A stretch of DNA of 64,000 nucleotides. Origin: a virus. Below the pieces are notes generated by a model. It ran no database searches. It worked only from the letters and a program-made list of their open reading frames with translations, and was not told the DNA's origin. Of the stretch, positions 38,036 through 47,782 are shown one piece after another (within the stretch, counting starts at the first letter, position 1; each line of letters starts with the position of its first letter). The stretch spans positions 64,001 to 128,000 of IMG/VR virus record IMGVR_UViG_3300037797_000117; one strand, given 5' to 3'. Position numbers and translations under genes: made by a program.

Positions 38036-38237
38036 CCTGAACCACATGAACCTGGCCCTGATCGTGGCCGCTGTCGCGGTCGGTGTGTTCACCCGCCGCT
38101 GCCTTGCACAGTGGCTGGATATCGCTCTCGACGAGCAGTAGCACCGCGCAGGCCGGACTCGCGTGCCTGGCCTGCGCTGCCCTACCCTTGGCGACCAAAT
38201 GTTCGTTTCTTCCTGGACGTGTCTGGAGCCGACCGCC

Positions 38238-38693
38238 ATGGCCGACCACCCTCCTGCCCTGTCCGACCGGGACAGGCTTGTCCTGCACGAGCTGCTCAAC
38301 AACTGGAACCGGGCTCGTACCGCCGCCGACCTCGGCCGCGCCATCCGGCTGCCGGCCGGGGCGGTCGCCGACGTTCTGCGTGGCCTGGCCGACGGTGCGT
38401 GGGTGGACGTCACCACCATGGGCCGGACCCGGTTCTACCAACTGGTTGAGGCGCACCTGCCAGCCGCAGCGGCCGCCGTCGGGCGGACCACGCCGCAGAT
38501 CCCCGCATCTGCCCCGCTGCCGGTGGTCGACCGCCCGGCCAAGCCGCCAGCGGCGGCCGCCGCTGGCGAGGATCGGGTGTGGACGGTTCCGCAGTTGCGG
38601 GCTGCGGTCGCGCGCGGTGAGGAGAAGCCGGCGACGCTGGCGTACGTGGAGAAGACGATCGCTGCGCTGCGGGAGAGAGCCCGCGGGGAGTAG
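38238..38693 (+). CDS. winged-helix DNA-binding protein
   Basis: LSDRDRLVL...TAADLGRAIRLPAGAVADVLRGLADGAWV. Confidence 0.65.
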   Translation: MADHPPALSDRDRLVLHELLNNWNRARTAADLGRAIRLPAGAVADVLRGLADGAWVDVTTMGRTRFYQLVEAHLPAAAAAVGRTTPQIPASAPLPVVDRPAKPPAAAAAGEDRVWTVPQLRAAVARGEEKPATLAYVEKTIAALRERARGE

Positions 38694-38912
38694 CCCGGGT
38701 CGGGCCGGGGTTCAAGGTCGTTTCACCTGTAAGCGCCCATGCCTGACCGCACCACACGATCACCACCTGACATGAGAGGGCACAAGCCGGTGTTTCGCCG
38801 TCTCCGCACCCTGTTCCTGGCCGCCGCCGCCCTGCTGCCCCGAGCCCGGCCCCGCCACGCCGGCCGTCACCGTGTCCGCCCGTAATTCCCCACAACGCAT
38901 AGACTCGCGTAC

Positions 38913-38968
38913 CTGCATGTGGGCCGCCCCAGCTTCCCCGGCCGAAAGTCGGGGCGGCCCACATGCAG
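38913..38968. terminator. terminator-like inverted repeat
   Basis: CTGCATGTGGGCCGCCCC/GGGGCGGCCCACATGCAG between convergent genes. Confidence 0.55.
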
Positions 38969-38999
38969 CCGCGGCGGCGAAAGGGGGCCTCCGACGTGG

Positions 39000-39455
39000 T
39001 CAGGCAAACGTGTACCCCTGCGACCGGTACCGGCGAAGCCATCCGTTCACCGTGTGCGTCGGAACCCCCAACTCGTGGGCAACCTTGGCCGGCCCTCCCA
39101 GCCGCTCGTGCATCTGCTGCAACTGGCCGGCCTCCGGAGCTTTCCGATATGGCCGGGCCGCCGCCGGGCCCCGGCGACGCTGCCGCGGTACCCGGACCGC
39201 CGCCGCCGTGGCCGCAACCGGCCCGCCGCCGCCGTCTGGTGCTGCCGCCGCTGCGGGAGCTCCGTTGTCGGGGGCGGGCCGGGCCAGTCCCAGGTCCCGC
39301 AACACCGTCAGGTCCAAATTTTCCAAACCCAGGTCTCCCCCGTCGGCCGCGCGGAGCGTCAACTCCACAACCCGCTGCCCACGGCTGTCCTGATCGACCT
39401 TGATGACGGCTGAAAAGCCGCTGTCCTCGTCGTTCACGGTGATGGTGCGCAACAC
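39000..39455 (-). CDS. HTH protein
   Basis: RPYRKAP...GGPAKVAHELGVPTHTVNGWLRRYR; AAGGAG RBS. Confidence 0.75.
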   Translation of the reverse strand: MLRTITVNDEDSGFSAVIKVDQDSRGQRVVELTLRAADGGDLGLENLDLTVLRDLGLARPAPDNGAPAAAAAPDGGGGPVAATAAAVRVPRQRRRGPAAARPYRKAPEAGQLQQMHERLGGPAKVAHELGVPTHTVNGWLRRYRSQGYTFA

Positions 39456-39620
39456 AGCTCCTTTGCACGTGCGCCGTGCGGCACTGACGGCCCTGTATGC
39501 GTGCCGCGATTTACGCCACAGAACCACAAAATCTCCGGAATTGCCAAACTGCCCGAACAGCCACGCCCGCGTCGTAAACTGTCCTTCCACTGCACGGGCG
39601 CCACACAGAGGAGATCATGC

Positions 39621-41027
39621 ATGTCAGCAGCACCGAAGTCCGCCGCAGGTACACAGCGGACACTGCCGAACGACCCGGATGAGCTAATCAGAATGTGTGA
39701 CAAGGTCGGCTGGACCTCTCGAACCAGCCAGCGGGGAATCATGGTTTCCCTGCCCGACGGATCCGACGCGACTCTCATCCCGGCCCGGATGAAGGCCGGC
39801 CCGACCGCCCGCAACGTGCACTCCAACCTCCGCAAGATGGGCATCGACCGGGCCTTGGACGAGTGGGAAGCCAAGGAGAAGCGGGACCGCGGCGCCAAGT
39901 TGGACAAGGACCGCCGCAAAGCTGAAGAGGCCACCCGCAGGGCCGAAGAGGCCGCCCGCAATGTCATTCCCCACATCGTGAAGTTCGAGGCCCCCGCCGC
40001 CAGCCCGGCCACCAACGGCGCCAACAAGCCCATCCCGACGCCGGCCCCGTCCGACCCGGTCGACCCCGACAACTGGCCGAAGCCCGGCGGGCCGATGGAA
40101 ACCATCGACGTCCTCGTCACCCCCGAGATCGCGCTCGACTGGCTGACCCGCCCACTGGCCCGCCTCGAAGACGGATCAACCATCGAACAGCGGCCCCGCC
40201 GCGAAACCTGGGTCAGGCAACTCACCGGCGAAATGCGGGACGGAACATTCCTGAAGACCCCGCAAGGGATTTCCCTGGCCGCCGCCGAGCCGGTCAACAC
40301 CGGCGCCCCCGTCGACGGGCAGCACCGGCTACAGGCCATCGTCGAATCCGAAATCCCGCAGGACATGCGGGTCACGTTCAACGTGCCCCCGGAGTTGTTC
40401 CCCCTGTTCGACATCGGCAAGCCCCGCACCGGTGGCGACATGCTCGCCATGCGCGGCGAAAAGCAGGTCCACCACCTGGCGTCGGTGTTGAAACTCATCG
40501 CCGTGTGGGAACTGTGGCGGCTCAACCCGCAGAAGTTCCCGTCCTGGAGAAACTGGTCCCGTGTCAACGTCACCAACGCCGAAATGGTGGCGGTCCACAA
40601 GCGGTGGCCGAACGTCGGTAACGAGATGCGGATCACGAAGGCGCTGATCGGCAGCCCCCTCAAGTACGGCAACCAGCCCGCCTTCACGCTGTTCCGGCTG
40701 TGGCTGCGTGAGGTATGGCCGGAAGGCTGCCAGCCGACTTCCGATGGTGGCCTGTCCTACGTCGACACGTGGATCAACGACCAGGTACGGCTGGGTCTGG
40801 GAATCATGGAGCAGGACGACCCGGTCGGGGTGCTCCGCAACTGGATCAACGGCGGGAACGCCAGCAAGATTCCCGGCGCTGTCCGGGAGCTGTCTCTGCT
40901 GGCCCTGCTCCGCTCCTGGAACGCCCACGTCAAGAAGAGGAAGTTCGCGTTCATCCGCGTCGGCAAGGACGACATAATGCCGGTGCCGGTCCCCGGTACC
41001 CAGGAAATGATCGACAGCATGCGCTGA
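39621..41027 (+). CDS. ParB-like/DGQHR-domain protein with a HicA-like N-terminus
   Basis: QGISL...VDGQHRLQAI...FDIGKPRT; N-terminus ELIRMCDKVGW...NLRKMGI. Confidence 0.7.
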   Translation: MSAAPKSAAGTQRTLPNDPDELIRMCDKVGWTSRTSQRGIMVSLPDGSDATLIPARMKAGPTARNVHSNLRKMGIDRALDEWEAKEKRDRGAKLDKDRRKAEEATRRAEEAARNVIPHIVKFEAPAASPATNGANKPIPTPAPSDPVDPDNWPKPGGPMETIDVLVTPEIALDWLTRPLARLEDGSTIEQRPRRETWVRQLTGEMRDGTFLKTPQGISLAAAEPVNTGAPVDGQHRLQAIVESEIPQDMRVTFNVPPELFPLFDIGKPRTGGDMLAMRGEKQVHHLASVLKLIAVWELWRLNPQKFPSWRNWSRVNVTNAEMVAVHKRWPNVGNEMRITKALIGSPLKYGNQPAFTLFRLWLREVWPEGCQPTSDGGLSYVDTWINDQVRLGLGIMEQDDPVGVLRNWINGGNASKIPGAVRELSLLALLRSWNAHVKKRKFAFIRVGKDDIMPVPVPGTQEMIDSMR

Positions 41028-41040
41028 CCCCCAGCACACC

Positions 41041-41076
41041 GCGGCCCGCCACCCCTGACCAGGGGTGGCGGGCCGC
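41041..41076. terminator. bidirectional terminator
   Basis: GCGGCCCGCCACCCCTG/CAGGGGTGGCGGGCCGC between convergent genes. Confidence 0.65.
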
Positions 41077-41090
41077 GCACGTATCTGATC

Positions 41091-41285
41091 TTAGCCGGCG
41101 GGCTTGTCCCGGTCCCGCAGCGCGATCACATCATCCGCCCGGAACCGGCGGTGGCCACCCAACGTGCGGATCGACGCCAACTGGCCCGAGGCAGCCCACC
41201 GGGTGACCGTTTTCGGATCAACCCCGAACATGTCGGCAACCTCCGACGGCGTCATCAGGTCCTCTGTCTCACGTTTCTTCCTCAC
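41091..41285 (-). CDS. bldC: BldC-family MerR-like transcriptional regulator
   Basis: LMTPSEVADMFGVDPKTVTRWAASGQLASIRTLGGHRRF closely matches the BldC signature. Confidence 0.9.
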   Translation of the reverse strand: MRKKRETEDLMTPSEVADMFGVDPKTVTRWAASGQLASIRTLGGHRRFRADDVIALRDRDKPAG

Positions 41286-41424
41286 CGCCGCCCCTCCCGC
41301 CGCACGATCCACGACACCACCTCGCCGGGGCGGTGCGCCCCAGCCAGGTGCCGCATGATCGGGGCCATCCGCCGGGCCAGAATCCCACCGCACATCGGGC
41401 AACACACCAGCCCCGTACGCCCAG

Positions 41425-41673
41425 TCACAGGGCACCACCCGGGTTGGTGTCGACGACCTTCGAGTTGGCGTGCAGTACCAGGAACCCGCACCGTTCCAGC
41501 CGACGCGCCGACCGGACCACCCGCTCCTCCGACACCCCCAACACGGCCGCCAACCCGCCGGTGCCGGCACCCTCACGGCCCTGGTCGGCGGCCAGACGCA
41601 GCACCCGCCAGTCGAACGGGGTCAACGCCACCCGTACCGCGACCCGCGCCTCCACCGACCCGGCCGCAGTCAC
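41425..41673 (-). CDS. winged-helix protein
   Basis: LTPFDWRVL...LAAVLGVSEERVVRSARRLERCGFL. Confidence 0.6.
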   Translation of the reverse strand: MTAAGSVEARVAVRVALTPFDWRVLRLAADQGREGAGTGGLAAVLGVSEERVVRSARRLERCGFLVLHANSKVVDTNPGGAL

Positions 41674-41782
41674 GACGGGATCCCGATCCACGCCAGCATC
41701 CCAGCCAGGACCAACCCGCCGGCGAGCCACGTCAAAGCCATGTGGAACATCAGGTCCGCCACTTCCCGCAACGTCAACGGCT

Positions 41783-41998
41783 TCACCCTGAACCCCCGTT
41801 GTTGTCCAGCCACACCCGCGCGTCACGCAGGGCGGCATCCAACATTTCCCGACCAGACCGGCGGGCACCACGCCCCGCCCGGGTGGCAAGCTCGACCACC
41901 TGAGTCTGTTCGATCACCACCGAACCACGACGGCCGTCGATGGTCACGGTGATGCGGTCAATCTCGGCTTCCACGACACCCCTTCCCGGTGCGTCCAC
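41783..41998 (-). CDS. small hypothetical protein
   Basis: 71 aa ORF in the - strand cascade. Confidence 0.45.
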   Translation of the reverse strand: MDAPGRGVVEAEIDRITVTIDGRRGSVVIEQTQVVELATRAGRGARRSGREMLDAALRDARVWLDNNGGSG

Positions 41999-42097
41999 GC
42001 CGTGAGGGGCGGCGGTCCCGTGATCAACGGGTCACCAACCGGTCAGGTCACGACCCGACGGGGAGAAAGGGACGAACAGCCCGCTACGCTCACCCCC

Positions 42098-42523
42098 ATG
42101 GCAGGGGATTTCGACCACTTCCGGACCCGGCTGACGATCGAACGGCAGCTCCGCGGATGGTCCCAAGCCCACCTCGCTACCCAACTCGGCGTCAACCCGT
42201 CCGCGGTGTCCCAATGGGAACTCGGCCACCGCCGCCCCACCGCCGCCAACGCCCACCGCTGGGCCGCCACCCTCAATGTCCCCTTGCCGGACGCCACCGA
42301 CGGCTGGTTCAGCCGCCTGGACCGGATGAAACAGCCCGTCCACGGCACCCGCAACGGCTACCAGTGGCACCAACGCAACAACGACCTCCCGGCGTGCGGG
42401 CCGTGCCGGGACGCCGGCGCCCGCTACACCGCCGGCCGTAAAGCGGCCCGCCTCCAACGCGAAGCGGCCGAACCCCCTCAGATACAGGGCTCGGCCGCTT
42501 CACACCGGGGTGGGGCCAGCTAG
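42098..42523 (+). CDS. XRE-family HTH regulator with C-terminal zinc motif
   Basis: WSQAHLATQLGVNPSAVSQWELG; HGTRNGYQWH...CGPC. Confidence 0.85.
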   Translation: MAGDFDHFRTRLTIERQLRGWSQAHLATQLGVNPSAVSQWELGHRRPTAANAHRWAATLNVPLPDATDGWFSRLDRMKQPVHGTRNGYQWHQRNNDLPACGPCRDAGARYTAGRKAARLQREAAEPPQIQGSAASHRGGAS

Positions 42524-42702
42524 TCGGGCTTCCCGGCGAGCCCGACCAGCAGATCCCGCAACTCCGGGTTCATCTGTTCCAACACCTCCGGCGGCACCGG
42601 CAGCCACCCGTGCCGCCGTAGCCGCGCCGCCGCAGTCTCATCCCCCCGCCGCCGGTTCTTCGCCGACGCGTTGACCGTGTTCGGGTTCTTCGGCCGCGCC
42701 AT
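42520..42702 (-). CDS. small hypothetical protein
   Basis: MARPKNP...; coupled ORF. Confidence 0.5.
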   Translation of the reverse strand: MARPKNPNTVNASAKNRRRGDETAAARLRRHGWLPVPPEVLEQMNPELRDLLVGLAGKPD

Positions 42703-43064
42703 CAGCCTGCCCCCAACGCGGCCAGCACCTGCGACGGCAGCAGCATCGTCCCGGCCCCGTCGGCGGCCTCGGCCAACGCCCGCACCCGCGCCGCCGGCTT
42801 GTCCACCGGCGACACGTACGGCCGGTGCAGCAGCATTGCTTTCACACCGGCGTCGGTTAGGCCCGCCCGCACCCTGTACGGCACAACCCCCGACGCCTGC
42901 CACACCAGCCCCAACCGGTCCAACACCCCGATCTGCCGCTGCACCCGCGACGGGAACGTCCACAACCTTTCACCGAGCCGATACCGGGCCGCCAACACCT
43001 CCAAAATCAGGTACTGCGTCGGTGGCAGACCACCCACACCGACGTCGGCTACTGCCTCACCCAT
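42702..43064 (-). CDS. hypothetical (wHTH-like) protein
   Basis: LPPTQYLILEVLAAR...LDRLGLV. Confidence 0.55.
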   Translation of the reverse strand: MGEAVADVGVGGLPPTQYLILEVLAARYRLGERLWTFPSRVQRQIGVLDRLGLVWQASGVVPYRVRAGLTDAGVKAMLLHRPYVSPVDKPAARVRALAEAADGAGTMLLPSQVLAALGAG

Positions 43065-43154
43065 CGACGTCCTCACCTTCCACCGGCACCAACGTCCAGT
43101 CCTCAACCACGATCACCGTGCGCCGGTACACCTTCCCCCCGAACCGCTGGTAGC

Positions 43155-43847
43155 TCACGGCGTCTCACCGCCCTCGGTCATGGCCCGCGACAACACATCC
43201 GCCGTATACGCACCAGCGCACCGCCGACCCGTTTCCGGATCGTTGTGGCCGGCGAGCTTGCCGTGCCGGTCGCGACCTATCCGACGCCGGCAGCTCCAGC
43301 AGGTGGACGCCTCGCCGGAACCGAGGTCGCTGCCCTCGGGCTCGACCGGGCACCGGTGATCGTTCGGCAGGCACGCCGGCACGCAGCGCGGGGTGTACTC
43401 GCCCTCACGGCACGACGTCCCGGTTCCGCGGTAGTGCTCGCAATCAGCGTGCGGATGCGGCCGATCACCGCCCTCGACCTCCCGAAGTACCTCCCGGGCC
43501 ACCGCGATCGGCTTGTCATACACCCGCGCGATGTGCGCGTCGTACGCCTCCGGCGTGTACTCCGGAGGCCTGGTCAGCACGGGCCGCATCCGGTCGATCC
43601 GATCGGCGGTCGTGTCCAGCCACTCGGCGACGGCCACCGCGACGGCAGGGTGCATCATCTCGATGTACGCGGCGTTGGCGGCGTTGCTCATCGGCTCGTC
43701 GACGACGTAGCCGAACTCCTGGCCGGCAAGGTTGAACGCGACCAGCCGGTCACCGCCGTCCAGGGAACACCACGTTCCCCCGGTCGCGGCGGTCGCCTTC
43801 GCGCGCAGGCTGGTCGCCGCACGCCTCAACAGGTCAGCAAACATCAA
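43155..43847 (-). CDS. Ead/Ea22-like hypothetical protein
   Basis: ATAATGGTW...ANAAYIEMMHPAVAVAVAEWL. Confidence 0.6.
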   Translation of the reverse strand: MMFADLLRRAATSLRAKATAATGGTWCSLDGGDRLVAFNLAGQEFGYVVDEPMSNAANAAYIEMMHPAVAVAVAEWLDTTADRIDRMRPVLTRPPEYTPEAYDAHIARVYDKPIAVAREVLREVEGGDRPHPHADCEHYRGTGTSCREGEYTPRCVPACLPNDHRCPVEPEGSDLGSGEASTCWSCRRRIGRDRHGKLAGHNDPETGRRCAGAYTADVLSRAMTEGGETP

Positions 43848-43902
43848 CGATCACCCTTCGGTTTGGCAGCTCTTCGCAGAACACGGACAGGCAGATCGGC
43901 CG

Positions 43903-44739
43903 TCATCCGGTCGCCTCCGGGCGGGCCAGCACCGTTCCCGGCGCGTGCTCGGCGTGTGCCTCGGCCGGGATGGCCAGGCAGTGGTGCGGCAGGTACACGG
44001 TGGCCCCGGTCAGCGACGTCGCCTCAGCGAGTACGACCAGCGTGTTGGTCTCCCGGAACACCCCGAGCAGGTGGAACCCGGTCAGCCGGGCGTAGCCCAG
44101 CACCGCATGCGGCCACGTCGCCACCTCATTGCAGTAGCCACACGTCATCGTGCCCATGCCGGCGTCGATCTCGAACTCGCCGTCCTGCCGCGGCGGCACC
44201 GCAGCCGCCTCCTGCTTCCGTAGCCGCTCGGCGGGCCGCGGGCACTCGGCCGGATACCTGCCGATGTGGTGTGCCCAATGTCCGTCGGCGAACACCGTCG
44301 GCGTCGCGCACTCCGGGTCCGGACACGCCGACCACGTCTCGATCGGCACCATCTCGTATCGCACCCCCGGATTCGGGTGGGCCCGACGCAGCCCCGCCAC
44401 CGTCGCGGCAGCCTGGGTTTCGGACCCGACCGTGTCCCAGTCCCGGCGGGCACCCTTAGCCCGGATCTGTGCCGCGTCCTCGTACCGCTGAAGCCGGCGG
44501 GCCTCCCCGATGTGCCGCCTCTTCTTCGGCCACAACGCCGGCTCGGCATCACCCTCAGCCTCAACCGCGGCCGCCCACGCCTCCGGGTCCTCGACGATCC
44601 ACAACACGACGTGCGTACCGAGCCACTCATCAACCGGGCGGCCGGTGTCGGAGTACACCTCCTCCCCGCGGTGGGTGCTCAGGTAGGTGCGGGTATCCCG
44701 CCGCGGCGCCCGCCCAACCACGACGTCCTGGCCGGTCAT
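43903..44739 (-). CDS. hypothetical Cys/His-rich protein
   Basis: Coupled ORF, 278 aa. Confidence 0.55.
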   Translation of the reverse strand: MTGQDVVVGRAPRRDTRTYLSTHRGEEVYSDTGRPVDEWLGTHVVLWIVEDPEAWAAAVEAEGDAEPALWPKKRRHIGEARRLQRYEDAAQIRAKGARRDWDTVGSETQAAATVAGLRRAHPNPGVRYEMVPIETWSACPDPECATPTVFADGHWAHHIGRYPAECPRPAERLRKQEAAAVPPRQDGEFEIDAGMGTMTCGYCNEVATWPHAVLGYARLTGFHLLGVFRETNTLVVLAEATSLTGATVYLPHHCLAIPAEAHAEHAPGTVLARPEATG

Positions 44740-45275
44740 GCCGGCACCGCCGCCGCCAGCTCGCGCCGGATCGTGGGAAGGTCCGTCGCCAGCTCGGCTA
44801 CGACCAGGTCGGCGTGGTCGCCGCAGCGGATTGCCAACGTCTCGTCCGGGGTTCCCCACACCAGGTCGACACCGTACAGGCGGACACATCCACAGCTCAG
44901 GTGGTACACGGTCCCGCCCAGGCCGTGCGACTCGCGCCGCACCACCACATGGCCGGCCTCTTTCAGGTGACGCAGGTACCGGGTCGAGTTGACCCCGATC
45001 CGCCGACGCTGTTCCCGAACCTCCGGCGGCGTCAACAACCCCAACACCTGGGCGCGGCCATCGGGGAGCCCGTCGATCGCAGCCCGCACCTGGTCGGCCG
45101 GCAACGTCCAGTCGACACCGAGCGGCCCCAACCCGACGGCGGCAGCCTTCGCAGCGGCCCGGGTGTGGAACTCCCCCGGGTGGGCGGCCAACCGCGACGC
45201 CTCGTGAAAGACGCGCCACCCGTCGAACCACTTGGCGACGGACAACCCGACCGGAATGCTCGCCCGCGTCTTCAC
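44736..45275 (-). CDS. hypothetical protein
   Basis: Overlapping start and stop codons. Confidence 0.55.
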   Translation of the reverse strand: MKTRASIPVGLSVAKWFDGWRVFHEASRLAAHPGEFHTRAAAKAAAVGLGPLGVDWTLPADQVRAAIDGLPDGRAQVLGLLTPPEVREQRRRIGVNSTRYLRHLKEAGHVVVRRESHGLGGTVYHLSCGCVRLYGVDLVWGTPDETLAIRCGDHADLVVAELATDLPTIRRELAAAVPA

Positions 45276-45850
45276 AACACACCACCCGCAGCGTCGGTCT
45301 CGCCGGTGTCGTTGCCGCCCACCCGGTTCCGGGCGGCAGTCAGCCGCGGGCTGTCGCACCGGGCCGGCTCGTTGATCGGCAGGTCGGCGAAGTCGGCGGC
45401 GGTCAACGGACGGCCGAGACGTCGCTCCAGACAGCCGATACACAACGTGGGCGGCCCGCCGACCTCGGCCCAGATCACGTCGAGAACCGCATACCATTCC
45501 CAGGTGCCGGTGTGATCGCAGCCCTCAGGACACGGATCCCACGCCGCCGCCGCCTTGCACGGCGCGGTGTCGGCGCCGCAGTCGACGCAAATCTTCGGCT
45601 CTTCCTCTTCCTCTTCGTCATCGTCGAACTCGACCGGCTGCCGCGACTGCTGCTGGGTTACTTCGACGAGCTCGGCGCCGAGACCCTCGGCTACCTTCAT
45701 AACGGCGTCGATCAGGTAGTCGGAGTACTCCAGGTCGATGTGGGTAGCGGCCCCGTCGACCGTTTCCACCGTGGCGGAAACGCCAGCGGGCCCAGTTTCG
45801 TCCCGGGTCCAGGTGATGGTCAGCTTCGGCTTTCCCACCGTGGCGGTCAT
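45272..45850 (-). CDS. hypothetical protein with zinc motif (CVDC...LCIGCLERRLGRPL)
   Basis: Phage/plasmid-type Cys motif. Confidence 0.7.
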   Translation of the reverse strand: MTATVGKPKLTITWTRDETGPAGVSATVETVDGAATHIDLEYSDYLIDAVMKVAEGLGAELVEVTQQQSRQPVEFDDDEEEEEEPKICVDCGADTAPCKAAAAWDPCPEGCDHTGTWEWYAVLDVIWAEVGGPPTLCIGCLERRLGRPLTAADFADLPINEPARCDSPRLTAARNRVGGNDTGETDAAGGVL

Positions 45851-46185
45851 GACGGACCGCCCTCAACGCCAGGTTGCGGCCTGTCGATCGGCTCGACAGC
45901 GGCGGCGAACAGGTCGCGAAGCCAGGGGGGATTGTCGGGGTCGGTCTGCGACGCGTAGGCCGTGGCTACAGCGTTGCCGGGCGTGCCGTCCTTCTTCAGC
46001 TTCCACCCGGAGATGGTGGATGGCATGAACGCCAACTCCCCGTTGTGCCAAACCAGCTTTACCTGGAAGGGGGCGGCGGGCCGGCCGGCGAGGTCCATGG
46101 GGTCGGCACCGGTGACGGTGTAGGTGGCTTCGGTCCGGCGCGAGAACGCTTTGAGAGTGGTGACGGGGTTCGATGTGGCGGTCAT
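45847..46185 (-). CDS. hypothetical protein
   Basis: Apparently leaderless, after TCGACA-N17-TAGCGT. Confidence 0.65.
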   Translation of the reverse strand: MTATSNPVTTLKAFSRRTEATYTVTGADPMDLAGRPAAPFQVKLVWHNGELAFMPSTISGWKLKKDGTPGNAVATAYASQTDPDNPPWLRDLFAAAVEPIDRPQPGVEGGPS

Positions 46186-46192
46186 ACCAAAC

Positions 46193-46221
46193 ACGCTACA
46201 CGTTAACGTCTAACGTGTCGA
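46193..46221 (-). promoter_or_regulatory. promoter with palindromic operator ACACGTTA-N5-TAACGTGT
   Basis: TCGACA-N17-TAGCGT on the - strand heading the leftward operon. Confidence 0.55.
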
Positions 46222-46316
46222 GCGGCCGATCTGCTATCGAAGCAACAGGGCATTAACTGCGTCTGACCAGCACAAACACGATCGGCCCAACCATTGACGC
46301 TTGCCTAAACGATCAC

Positions 46317-46344
46317 GTCATTAATAAGATGCCTTATGCCAACG
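46317..46344. other. dif/Xer-like recombination core
   Basis: GTCATTAATAA-GATGCC-TTATGCCAACG (11-6-11), overlapping the recombinase start. Confidence 0.6.
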
Positions 46345-47721
46345 GGTGAAATCGGGCAATCCGTCGAGCCAGTGCAGTGCCGTACGCCTCCCGCTCACCC
46401 TCCGACCGACACCCCGGACCCCGTCGTGATCGAGGCCGAAGTTGTCGCCGACACCGGGGCCGCGCCGGGCCGCAGAGAGTTGATCGTGCGCGGGCGGGCA
46501 GCCCTCGCCGATCTCGACCGCAACCCTGACGACTGGGTCGACGCCGACGTCGACGCCGAGCTGCGTGACGCCATGCCGCGTAACACCCGGCTGGCCTACG
46601 AGTACCAGTGGGGTCGCTGGATCTGGTGGTGCGGCACGAAGGGCCGCGAGCACTGCCCCGCCAGGCCGGGCAGTGTGCGGCAGTACATCAAGGAACACTG
46701 GGACATGACCGACGCGCAGGGCCGTAAGCGTGGCTGGCGGGGCCGGCCGTACGCGCCGGCCAGCGTCGAGCAGGCCGTGTACGTGGTGTCCGCGGTGCAC
46801 CAGTGGTTCGGGTACGCGTCGCCGACGAAACACCCGTCGGTGAAGTTGCAGCTCAAGGCGTACGACAAGCGGTGGAAGGCTGCCGGGTACCGGCAGCGGA
46901 AGGCGTACGCGCTGACGTTGGAGGAGAACGTCGCGGTCGCCCGCACGTGTAGCCGGGCCACGGTGGGAGGGGTGCGTAACGCGTGCGCGTTCCGGCTCCA
47001 GTGGGACATGGGCGCGCGGGTGTCCGAGCTGCTCGGGGAATCCAACGAGGCCGGGGTCTGGCGTGGGCTGCGGATCGGTGACCTGCGGTGGGAGTCCGAC
47101 GACCGGGCGGTCATCCACATTGCCCAGACGAAGACGCACGAGTCGCGTGACGTCGCCGTCGAGGCGACCCGGTGGCTGGTCGACGACAACGACCAGTTCA
47201 TCGACGAGGCCGGCCGGCTGATCCCGCTCGACAATGCCGGCGAGCCGACCCGGCCGCCGGTCCCCCACCCGTACGTCGACGTCGACCCGCTGATCCTGCT
47301 GCGCAGCTGGTACGACCTGCTGGTCACCCGTGGCCAGGCCCACCCGGACGCGCCGCTGTTCCGCGAGGTCGCCTCGACGGGTCGGATGCGGAAGGACGGC
47401 ACCCCCGCTGGTGGCATCCTGCCGGGGCCGTGGGGGTACGAGGCGTTCTCGATCGAGTTCGACCGGTGCGTACGCCGGGCCAGGGTCCACGTCGACCCGG
47501 TCACCGGTGAGGAGCGGCACATCACGTCGCACTCGAACCGGTCGGGGCTGATCACCGAAGCGGTCGACGCGGGGGTGCCGGCGGAGATTCTGCGGCTGCG
47601 AACCGGGCATGCGGCCGGGTCGCGGGTGCTCCAGGGCTACTACCGGTCGGGTCGCAAGTGGGGGCGGCACAACCCGGGGACGGTCATCCGTAGGACCCGG
47701 CGCCGGGCGGTTCCTGCCTGA
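46336..47721 (+). CDS. tyrosine recombinase (Cre/XerD-like resolvase or integrase)
   Basis: GARVSELL (R), ITSHSNRSG (HxxR), TGH...QGYYR (H, Y). Confidence 0.9.
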   Translation: MPTGEIGQSVEPVQCRTPPAHPPTDTPDPVVIEAEVVADTGAAPGRRELIVRGRAALADLDRNPDDWVDADVDAELRDAMPRNTRLAYEYQWGRWIWWCGTKGREHCPARPGSVRQYIKEHWDMTDAQGRKRGWRGRPYAPASVEQAVYVVSAVHQWFGYASPTKHPSVKLQLKAYDKRWKAAGYRQRKAYALTLEENVAVARTCSRATVGGVRNACAFRLQWDMGARVSELLGESNEAGVWRGLRIGDLRWESDDRAVIHIAQTKTHESRDVAVEATRWLVDDNDQFIDEAGRLIPLDNAGEPTRPPVPHPYVDVDPLILLRSWYDLLVTRGQAHPDAPLFREVASTGRMRKDGTPAGGILPGPWGYEAFSIEFDRCVRRARVHVDPVTGEERHITSHSNRSGLITEAVDAGVPAEILRLRTGHAAGSRVLQGYYRSGRKWGRHNPGTVIRRTRRRAVPA

Positions 47722-47782
47722 GGCGGTGGGGCGGCGCGGCGTGTCGGTCCCCCAGAACGTAAACGATCGGTACGATGTAAAC

